The position numbers and the translations under genes were made by a program. DNA of 32,000 nt, from the NCBI GenBank assembly GCA_035306625.1, contig DATGNS010000259.1, positions 1 to 32,000 of the forward strand. Direction: 5' to 3'. This DNA is from Pseudomonas sp. GTDB lineage: Bacteria; Pseudomonadota; Gammaproteobacteria; Pseudomonadales; Pseudomonadaceae. Shown piece after piece: positions 1-6,608 of this stretch. Positions within the stretch are counted from its first letter, which is position 1, and each line of letters starts with the position of its first letter. Under the pieces are notes generated by a model. It searched no databases, was not told the origin of the DNA, and worked only from the letters and a program-made list of their open reading frames with translations.

Positions 1-832
1 AGCCGTAGCGGCCGGTGATGTAGTCCTCGGTCTGCTTCTGCGCCGGGTTGGTGAACAGGGTGTCGGTGTCGCCGTACTCCACCAGCCTGCCCATGTACAT
101 GAACGCGGTGTAGTCGGACACCCGTGCCGCCTGCTGCATGTTGTGGGTCACGATGACGATGGTGTACTTCGACTTCAGCTCGTAGATCAGCTCCTCCACC
201 TTGAGGGTGGAGATGGGATCCAGGGCCGAGCAGGGCTCGTCGAGCAGCAGCACCTCGGGCGACACGGCGATGGTGCGGGCGATCACCAGGCGCTGCTGCT
301 GGCCGCCCGACAGGCCCAGAGCCGACTCGTGCAGGCGGTCCTTCACCTCGTCCCACAGGGCCGCGCCCTTGAGCGCCCATTCCACCGCTTCGTCCAGGGT
401 ACGCTTCTTGTTGATGCCCTGGATGCGCAGGCCGTACACCACGTTCTCGTAGATGCTCTTGGGGAACGGGTTGGGCTTCTGGAACACCATGCCCACGCGG
501 CGGCGCAGCTCGGCCACGTCCTCGCCCTTGCGGTAGATGTTGTGACCGTCGAGGCGGATCTCGCCCTCGATGCGGCAGCCCTCCACCAGGTCGTTCATGC
601 GGTTGAAGCAGCGCAGCAGGGTGGACTTGCCGCAGCCGGATGGCCCGATGAAGGCGGTGACGCGATTCTTCGGGATGTTCATGGTGACGTTGTGCAGCGC
701 CTGCTTCTGACCGTAGTAGAGGTTCAGGCCGGGCACTTCCAGGGCCACCGGCTCGTCGGCCAGGGACAGGCTCTGCTTGCTGCGCCCCAGGGCGGCCATG
801 TCGATGCCGCGGGTCGTGGATTCGGGTTGCAT
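1..832 (-). CDS. pstB: Phosphate ABC transporter ATP-binding protein PstB (essentially complete; stop codon lies just outside the window)
   Basis: Not in the ORF track because it is open at the window edge. Manual minus-strand translation from the ATG at 832-830 gives [77 protein letters not shown]..., with Walker [10 protein letters not shown]. 277 codons are visible and end ...ITGRYG, a PstB-type C-terminus. SD GGAGAA lies upstream. It follows pstA in a pstSCAB order. Confidence 0.95.
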   Translation of the reverse strand, partial: MQPESTTRGIDMAALGRSKQSLSLADEPVALEVPGLNLYYGQKQALHNVTMNIPKNRVTAFIGPSGCGKSTLLRCFNRMNDLVEGCRIEGEIRLDGHNIYRKGEDVAELRRRVGMVFQKPNPFPKSIYENVVYGLRIQGINKKRTLDEAVEWALKGAALWDEVKDRLHESALGLSGGQQQRLVIARTIAVSPEVLLLDEPCSALDPISTLKVEELIYELKSKYTIVIVTHNMQQAARVSDYTAFMYMGRLVEYGDTDTLFTNPAQKQTEDYITGRYG

Positions 833-859
833 ACGCTTCTCCGTTGAAAGCCGGGGGCG

Positions 860-880
860 GCGGGCCCACACCGGGCCCGC
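860..880 (-). promoter_or_regulatory. Intercistronic GC stem-loop between pstA and pstB (8-bp stem GCGGGCCC/GGGCCCGC, 5-nt loop)
   Basis: Read directly from the sequence: positions 860-867 pair with 873-880. It lies in the 57-nt pstA-pstB spacer just upstream of the pstB SD. Function (mRNA stability or translation tuning) is inferred. Confidence 0.3.
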
Positions 881-889
881 GCGCCGAAA

Positions 890-2560
890 TCAGTTGTCCA
901 GCGCCTTGTACTTCTCGCGCAGGTGGTTGCGGATATACACCGCGCTCATGTTCAGGGTCGCAATCACCAGCACCAGCAGCAGCGCGGTGGCGTACACCAG
1001 CGGACGCGCCGCCTCCACGTTGGGGCTCTGGAAGCCCACGTCATAGATGTGGAAGCCCAGGTGCATGATCTTCTGGTCCAGGTGCAGGTAGGGGTAGTTG
1101 CCGTCCAGCGGCAGGGCCGGCGCCAGCTTGACCACGCCCACCAGCATCAGCGGCGCCACTTCGCCGGCGGCGCGGGCCACGGCGAGGATCAGGCCGGTCA
1201 TCATGGCCGGGCTGGCCATGGGCAGGACGATCTTCCACAGGGTCTCGGCCTTGGTGGCGCCCAGGGCCAGCGAGCCCTCGCGCACCGCGCGGGGAATGCG
1301 CGCCAGGCCTTCCTCGGTGGCCACGATCACCACCGGCAGGGTCAGCACCGCCAGGGTCAGCGAGGCCCACAGCAGGCCGGGGGTGCCGAAGGTGGGCGCC
1401 GGCGCGGCTTCCGGGAAGAACAGGCGATCCAGGGAACCGCCCAGCACATAGACGAAGAAGCCCAGGCCGAACACGCCGTAGACGATCGAGGGCACGCCGG
1501 CCAGGTTGTTCACCGCGATGCGGATCACCCGGGTCAGCCAGCCCTGGCGGGCGTACTCGCGCAGGTACACCGCGGCCAGCACGCCGAACGGGGTGACGAT
1601 CACCGCCATGATCAGGGTCATCAGCACGGTGCCGAAGATGGCCGGGAACACGCCGCCCTCGGTGTTGGCCTCGCGGGGCTCGTCGCTGACGAATTCCCAC
1701 AGCTTGGCGAAATAGTGGCCGGTCTTGTCCAGGGCGCTCATGGCGTTGGGCTGGAAGGCGCGCACCACCTTGCCCAGGCTGATGTCCTGCTCCTGGCCGT
1801 CGACGGTGCGCATGCGCACGCTGTCGCGGTTGAAGGCCTGGTACAGCTCGCCCAGACGAGCTTCCAGGCGCTGGTATTCGGCGTCCCAGCGTGCCTTCTC
1901 GGCGGCCAGCTCGGCCTGGGCGGCGGCGTCCAGGCGGCCCTCCAGCTCCAGCTTGCGGGTCTGCAGACGCAGGCGCTCCAGGCCGTGGTTGATGCGGCCG
2001 ATCCGGTGCTTCTCGACGTCCTGAATCTCGGCGTGCAGGGCATCGACCCGCTGCAGGCGGCGCTGCAGCTCGGCCCAGGCGGCGTCGCCCTCGGCCACCA
2101 GACGGCCCTCTTCCTTCACGTTGACCAGGAAGCCGTAGTAGTTGCCCCACTCGCGGCGCTCGAGCACCACCAGCTCCCGCGGGGTGCGCTCGTTGCTCAG
2201 CCACTCGCCCACCACCCAGCGGAAGTCGGCGCCATACACCTCGCGGTTGCCCACCTTGAGCAGTTCGCGGGTCATGAACTCGCCGCCCTCGGCGGCCACC
2301 GGCAGGCCGCTGGCCGCCAGGCGAGCGCGCGGCACCTCCTCGCGTTCGACGATCTCGCCGGCGACGGCCCGCGGCGCCTCGCCGGGGATGCGGTAGTCGG
2401 CGACCACCACGTCGGCCGGCCAGAAGTGTGCCAGGCCGCGGGTGGCGATCACCGCCAGCAGGCCCAGGGTCATGATCACCGCGATGGTCACCGCGCCGGC
2501 GTTCATCCACACCCAGGGGGTGCCGCTCTTGAACCAGGTCTTCAGATTCTGCTGTTGCAT
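890..2560 (-). CDS. pstA: Phosphate ABC transporter permease PstA, long form (556 aa) with a large periplasmic insert
   Basis: ORF 890..2587. The start is chosen at ATG 2560 (MQQQNLKTWFKSG...), preceded by SD AAGGGGGG. The C-terminal half is a typical PstA permease core (LAGVPSIVYGVFGLGFF, EGSLALGATKAETLWKIVLPMASPAMMTG). It sits between pstC and pstB. Confidence 0.95.
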   Translation of the reverse strand: MQQQNLKTWFKSGTPWVWMNAGAVTIAVIMTLGLLAVIATRGLAHFWPADVVVADYRIPGEAPRAVAGEIVEREEVPRARLAASGLPVAAEGGEFMTRELLKVGNREVYGADFRWVVGEWLSNERTPRELVVLERREWGNYYGFLVNVKEEGRLVAEGDAAWAELQRRLQRVDALHAEIQDVEKHRIGRINHGLERLRLQTRKLELEGRLDAAAQAELAAEKARWDAEYQRLEARLGELYQAFNRDSVRMRTVDGQEQDISLGKVVRAFQPNAMSALDKTGHYFAKLWEFVSDEPREANTEGGVFPAIFGTVLMTLIMAVIVTPFGVLAAVYLREYARQGWLTRVIRIAVNNLAGVPSIVYGVFGLGFFVYVLGGSLDRLFFPEAAPAPTFGTPGLLWASLTLAVLTLPVVIVATEEGLARIPRAVREGSLALGATKAETLWKIVLPMASPAMMTGLILAVARAAGEVAPLMLVGVVKLAPALPLDGNYPYLHLDQKIMHLGFHIYDVGFQSPNVEAARPLVYATALLLVLVIATLNMSAVYIRNHLREKYKALDN

Positions 2561-2573
2561 GGTTTCGCCCCCC

Positions 2574-4853
2574 TTACAGCGACGCATACTTGCCGCGCAG
2601 GCGCTGGCGGATCAGTTCGGCGAGAGTGTTCATCACGAAGGTGAACAGCAGCAGCACCATGGCGGCGAGGAACAGCACGCGGTAGTGGGTGCTGCCCACC
2701 TCGGACTCCGGCATTTCCACCGCCACGTTGGCGGCCAGGGTGCGCAGGCCCTCGAAGATGTTCATTTCCATGATCGGCGTGTTGCCGGTGGCCATCAGCA
2801 CGATCATGGTCTCGCCCACGGCGCGGCCCATGCCGATCATCAGCGCCGAGAAGATGCCCGGGCTGGCGGTGAGGATCACCACGCGGGTCAGCGTCTGCCA
2901 GGGCGTGGCGCCCAGGGCCAGGGAGCCGTAGGTGAGGCTCCTGGGCACGCTGAAGATGGCGTCTTCGGCGATGGAGTAGATGTTGGGGATGACCGCGAAG
3001 CCCATGGCCAGGCCGACCACCAGGGCGTTGCGCTGGTCGAACGGGATGCCCAGCTCGTTGCTCAGCCACAGGCGCATGTCGCCGCCGAACAGCCAGTTCT
3101 CCAGGTGGCCGCTGACGCCCAGGGAGAAGGCGCCGACGCCGATCACCACCGGCACCAGCAGCGCCGCCTCCCAGCCGTCCGGCACCCGCAGGCGGATGCG
3201 CTCGGGCAGACGGCTCCACAGGAACGCGGCGCCGATGATGCCCACCGGCATGAGCAGCAGCAGGCTGAAGATGCCCGGCAGGTGGCTTTCCAGATAGGGC
3301 GCCAGGAACAGGCCGGCAAAGAAGCCGAGGATCACCGTGGGCAGCGCCTCCATCAGCTCGATCACCGGCTTGACCTTGCGGCGCAGGGTCGGCGCCATGA
3401 AGTAGGCGGTATAGATGGCCGCGCAGATGGCCAGCGGCGCGGCCAGCAGCATGGCGTAGAAGGCCGCCTTGAGGGTGCCGAAGGCCAGCGGCGCCAGGCT
3501 CAGCTTGGGTTCGAAGTCGGTGTTGGCCGAGGTGGACTGCCAGACGTGCTTCGGCTCGTCATAACTCTCGTACCAGACCTTGCCCCACAGGGCGCTCCAG
3601 GAGATTTCCGGGTGCGGATTGTCCACCGCCAGGCGACGCAGTTGACCGTCACGCTCCAGCAGCAGCTGGTCGGCGCGCGGCGACAGGGCGCCGACGGACG
3701 CACCGCCGCTCACCTGCTCCACCCGCAGGGTGCGGTGCGCGGTGCTGTGGAAGATGCCCACGCGGCCGGCCTCGTCCAGGGCCAGGAAACCCTTGCGGCG
3801 CTCCTCCGGCAGGATCTGCGCGATGGCCGCGTCGCCCAGGCGGAAGTTGCGCACGTTGGTCAGCGCGTGGCCGCCGTCCGCCTCACGCACCATGAACCAC
3901 TGGCCGATGCCGCCGCTGGAGTCGCCCACCAGCAGGGAGATCCCGCCCAGCAGCGGCGTGACGCTGGTCACCCGGGCCTGGCCGGACAGCAGCTTGTAGC
4001 GGCCGTTGAGCTGCTGGCCGCGCAGATCGAACACCTGCACCGCGCGCTCGCTGAAGGCGTACAGCCAGCGATGGCGCGGCTCCAGGGCCAGCGCCACCAC
4101 CGGCTCGTTCAGCGCCGGCAGGCTGAAGCGCCGCTCGCTCAGGCTCACCTCGCCGGTGAACAGGTTTTCCTCGCGCTCCAGCTGCAGCGCGTGCAGCTCG
4201 CCGCCGGCCACGCCGGCCAGCAGCAGGCTGCCGCCGTTGACGCTGACCGACAGCCGGTCCAGCGCGCGGCCCTGGGTGTCCAGCGGCAGCGGCTCGCTGC
4301 CGAAGGGGAAGCCGAGGACCGGGGTGATGGTCTTCACCCCGGCGGGGTAGCTGAGCGTGTAGTCGTGCTGGGCAACCAGCACCGTGCCATCGTCCAGGCC
4401 AAGCGCGAAGCGGCGGCTGCCGGGGGTGTCCTCGCCGAGGGCGGTGATGCGCCGCCCCTCGGGCAGCGGTAGCGCCTGCTCGCTCAGCAGGCCGCCGTCG
4501 TTCAGGTCGATGAACTGCACCTGGCCGGAGGCGTCCAGGCGCATGGCGATCCGGTTCTGTTCCTCCATGGCCAGCAGCAGGGCCGGCTGGCGTTCGGCCA
4601 GCCAGGCGGGCTGCCGTTCCTCGGCCTGCCCCAGCTCGGCGCCCTGGAAGATGGGCAGCACCACGTGGGCGAGATAGAAGAAGATCAGGGTGATGGCGCC
4701 CAGCACCGCCAGGCCGCCGATGGAAACGTACCAGCGGGCCAGACGGTCCTTGAGGGCGCGCATGCGCCGTTTGCGCTTGAGGGCCGGCGTATCGAAATCC
4801 AGCCCCGGCGCCCGGGAAGAAGCGCTCATGTCGTGTTCAGCCATATCGTTCAT
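2574..4853 (-). CDS. pstC: Phosphate ABC transporter permease PstC, long form (~759 aa) with a ~390-aa periplasmic insert
   Basis: ORF 2574..4955. The C-terminal core is PstC-like (SIAEDAIFSVPRSLTYGSLALGATPWQTLTRVVILTASPGIFSALMIG). The start is set at ATG 4853 (MNDMAEHDM...) because a Pho box and -10 hexamer (4892-4925) lie inside the longer ORF. ATGs at 4862 and 4844 are alternatives. Confidence 0.92.
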   Translation of the reverse strand: MNDMAEHDMSASSRAPGLDFDTPALKRKRRMRALKDRLARWYVSIGGLAVLGAITLIFFYLAHVVLPIFQGAELGQAEERQPAWLAERQPALLLAMEEQNRIAMRLDASGQVQFIDLNDGGLLSEQALPLPEGRRITALGEDTPGSRRFALGLDDGTVLVAQHDYTLSYPAGVKTITPVLGFPFGSEPLPLDTQGRALDRLSVSVNGGSLLLAGVAGGELHALQLEREENLFTGEVSLSERRFSLPALNEPVVALALEPRHRWLYAFSERAVQVFDLRGQQLNGRYKLLSGQARVTSVTPLLGGISLLVGDSSGGIGQWFMVREADGGHALTNVRNFRLGDAAIAQILPEERRKGFLALDEAGRVGIFHSTAHRTLRVEQVSGGASVGALSPRADQLLLERDGQLRRLAVDNPHPEISWSALWGKVWYESYDEPKHVWQSTSANTDFEPKLSLAPLAFGTLKAAFYAMLLAAPLAICAAIYTAYFMAPTLRRKVKPVIELMEALPTVILGFFAGLFLAPYLESHLPGIFSLLLLMPVGIIGAAFLWSRLPERIRLRVPDGWEAALLVPVVIGVGAFSLGVSGHLENWLFGGDMRLWLSNELGIPFDQRNALVVGLAMGFAVIPNIYSIAEDAIFSVPRSLTYGSLALGATPWQTLTRVVILTASPGIFSALMIGMGRAVGETMIVLMATGNTPIMEMNIFEGLRTLAANVAVEMPESEVGSTHYRVLFLAAMVLLLFTFVMNTLAELIRQRLRGKYASL

Positions 4854-4891
4854 GAAATACATCCGGGGCCGGCTCGGAGAGGCCCGAGCGC

Positions 4892-4925
4892 ACTTTAGAA
4901 CCGCTGTGTGACAGAAACATGACAA
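4892..4925 (-). promoter_or_regulatory. Pho box (TTGTCAT GTTT CTGTCAC, 4925->4908) plus -10 TAAAGT (4897->4892): candidate PhoB-dependent internal promoter for pstCAB
   Basis: The minus-strand read is TTGTCATGTTTCTGTCAC-ACAGCGGTTC-TAAAGT. This is two 7-bp direct repeats with a 4-bp spacer (consensus CTGTCAT-A(A/T)A(T/A)-CTGTCAY), placed exactly 10 nt upstream of a -10-like hexamer, as at classical Pho promoters. Confidence 0.6.
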
Positions 4926-4942
4926 GCCGGTGACGGCTTGTC
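4921..4942 (-). other. Hairpin GACAAGCCG-(4 nt)-CGGCTTGTC in the pstS-pstC spacer, overlapping the internal Pho box
   Basis: Perfect 9-bp inverted repeat read directly from the sequence. Its role is unknown. Confidence 0.3.
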
Positions 4943-4951
4943 CCAAACGCA

Positions 4952-4977
4952 ACAACCCGCGCCGGAGCGCGGGTTGT
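4952..4977 (-). terminator. Stem-loop after pstS (ACAACCCGCGC-TCCG-GCGCGGGTTGT, then TGCGTTTGGG): candidate attenuator or partial terminator
   Basis: Perfect 11-bp stem with a 4-nt loop, 19 nt downstream of the pstS stop on the minus strand, with a moderately T-rich tail. It fits the known excess of pstS over pstCAB transcript in pst operons. Confidence 0.5.
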
Positions 4978-4995
4978 CGTTACTGCGGGCGGGCC

Positions 4996-5964
4996 TCAGA
5001 GACCCAGTTCCTTCAGGGCCTTGTCGACCACCTTCTTGGGCAGCGGGATGTAGCCGTCCTTGACCACCACGTCCTGACCCTGCCTGGACAGCACCAGCTT
5101 GAGGAACTCGGCCTCCAGGGGCTGCAGCGGCTTGTTCGGATCCTTGTTCACGTACACATAGAAGAAGCGTGCCAGGGGGAACTTGCCGGTCAGGGCGTTG
5201 GCTTCCGAGGCCTCGAAGGCTTCGCCGCCCTTCTTGGACAGCGGCACGGCGCGCACGCTGGAGGTGCGGTAGCCGATGCCGGAGTAGCCGATGGCGTTCA
5301 GGGTGCTGGAGATGGACTGCACCACCGAGGCCGAGCCCGGCTGCTCGTTGACGTTCGGCTTGAAGTCACCCTTGCACAGCGCGGTTTCCTTGAAGTAGCC
5401 GTAGGTGCCGGACACCGAGTTGCGGCCGAACAGCTGGATCGGCTTGCTGGCCCACTCGCCGGTCAGGCCCAGCTGACCCCAGGTGCGGATGTCCTGGTCG
5501 GCGCCGCACAGGCGGGTGCTGGAGAAGATGGCGTCGACCTGCTCGATGTCCAGGCTCTTGATGGGGTTGTCCTTGTGCACGAACACCGCCAGGGCGTCGA
5601 TGGCCACCGGAATCTCCACCGGCTTGTAGCCGTACTTCTGCTCGAAGGCCTGCTTCTCGCTGTCCTTCATCGGCCGGCTCATGGGGCCGATGTTGGCGGT
5701 GCCTTCGGTCAGTGCCGGCGGCGCGGTGGAGGAGCCGGCGGCCTGGATCTGGATGTTCACGTTCGGGTAGTGGCGCTTGAACTCTTCGGCCCACAGGGTC
5801 ATCAGGTTGGCCAGCGAGTCGGAACCCACGCTGGACAGGTTGCCGGAAACCCCGGAGGTCTTGCTGTAGTTCGGCAGCGCCGGGTCGACGGCCGCCAGCG
5901 CGCCGGTGGAGGCCACGCTTACCGCGGCCAGGCCCATGGCCGCCATCAAACGCTTCACGTTCAT
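4996..5964 (-). CDS. pstS: Periplasmic phosphate-binding protein PstS (322 aa)
   Basis: ORF 4996..6024. The start is ATG 5964 ([24 protein letters not shown], a signal peptide), preceded by SD AGGAG. PBP-like motifs are present ([23 protein letters not shown]). A Pho box lies upstream. Confidence 0.95.
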   Translation of the reverse strand: MNVKRLMAAMGLAAVSVASTGALAAVDPALPNYSKTSGVSGNLSSVGSDSLANLMTLWAEEFKRHYPNVNIQIQAAGSSTAPPALTEGTANIGPMSRPMKDSEKQAFEQKYGYKPVEIPVAIDALAVFVHKDNPIKSLDIEQVDAIFSSTRLCGADQDIRTWGQLGLTGEWASKPIQLFGRNSVSGTYGYFKETALCKGDFKPNVNEQPGSASVVQSISSTLNAIGYSGIGYRTSSVRAVPLSKKGGEAFEASEANALTGKFPLARFFYVYVNKDPNKPLQPLEAEFLKLVLSRQGQDVVVKDGYIPLPKKVVDKALKELGL

Positions 5965-6006
5965 TCCTTGCTCCTGGAACTGAGGGTGTGATTTGCAACG
6001 GTGGCC

Positions 6007-6051
6007 AGTATCCGCAGGCCCCATGACAACTCTATGAAGCGCATGTGACAG
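6007..6051 (-). promoter_or_regulatory. pstS promoter: three phased Pho-box repeats (CTGTCAC ATGC GCTTCAT AGAG TTGTCAT, 6051->6023) plus -10 GATACT (6012->6007)
   Basis: Read on the minus strand. Three 7-bp repeats have 11-bp periodicity, and the last repeat sits 10 nt upstream of GATACT. This is a classical PhoB-activated architecture. Confidence 0.75.
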
Positions 6052-6139
6052 TTCGATGACCGTGGCGCAATGCGCTGTTTCTTGCCCGGGCCACCGCTAT
6101 ACTGGCGGCCCTTCCGCGCCTCCGACCAAGAACAACGCC

Positions 6140-6556
6140 ATGCGCAGCGAACCCGAAATGCCCCTCGAAGAACTGGACCCCGTGCCCCAGGGTGACCTGG
6201 CCCTGCAGATCACCGCCCTGCCCCGGGATACCAACGGTTTCGGCGATGTCTACGGCGGCTGGCTGGTGGCGCAGATGGACCTGGCCGGCACGGCGACCGC
6301 CAGCCGTCTGGCCGGCGGCCGCGTGGCCACCGTCTCCATCGACCGCATGGCGTTCATGACCCCGGTGGTGGTGGGCGCCCAGCTGGCCTTCTACACCCAG
6401 ACGCTGCAGGTCGGCCGCAGCTCGATCCGCCTGCTGGTGGAAGTGTGGAGCGACGACCCGCACAGCGGTGAACCGCGCAAGGTGACCGAGGCGGTGTTCG
6501 TGTTCGTGGCCATCGACGGTCAGCGTCGCACCCGCCCCATCACGACCCATCGCTGA
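6140..6556 (+). CDS. yciA: Acyl-CoA thioesterase, YciA-like hotdog fold (138 aa)
   Basis: ORF 6056..6556. The start is ATG 6140 (MRSEPEMPLEELDPVPQGDLALQITALPRDTNGFGDVYGGWLVAQMDLAG...SIDRMAFMTPVVVG...). The DxNxxGxxxGG-type and hotdog-core pattern is typical of YciA/Acot-type thioesterases. Confidence 0.8.
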   Translation: MRSEPEMPLEELDPVPQGDLALQITALPRDTNGFGDVYGGWLVAQMDLAGTATASRLAGGRVATVSIDRMAFMTPVVVGAQLAFYTQTLQVGRSSIRLLVEVWSDDPHSGEPRKVTEAVFVFVAIDGQRRTRPITTHR

Positions 6557-6608
6557 CCGCATCGGATTCCGCTACTCTGGCCGGGTTTCGGCTGCAGTGG
6601 AAGCTCCG

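Noticed and set aside
143-847. 234-aa plus-strand ORF at the left edge
   Set aside because: It is antisense to pstB, whose Walker A and full-length translation are clear on the minus strand. The plus-strand product is low-complexity.
923-2644. 573-aa plus-strand ORF antisense to pstA. Similar long antisense ORFs are 2442..4472 (vs pstC), 6540..8504 (vs yccS), 10634..12316 (vs the CNNM gene), 12705..13604 (vs phoR), 16427..17617 (vs rubB), 18783..20117 (vs HDOD), 20071..22485 (vs recG), 22383..23321 (vs oxyR), 27089..29290 (vs spoT) and 30379..31377 (vs yicC).
   Set aside because: These are typical shadow ORFs of a GC-rich genome. Their translations are Ala/Gly/Arg/His/Gln/Leu low-complexity with no recognisable family motifs. 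Each lies wholly opposite a gene with unmistakable conserved motifs, and none has a convincing SD.
4854-4955. 5' extensions of the track ORFs: pstC to 4955, pstS to 6024, phoB to 14314, ubiA to 16080, exbD to 24869, exbB to 25636, ridA to 27231, spoT to 29377, yicC to 31332, ligB from 9096, yciA from 6056
   Set aside because: The extensions overlap promoters, Pho boxes or upstream genes and encode Cys/Arg/Pro-rich junk. Internal ATGs with SDs give N-termini that match the expected family starts.
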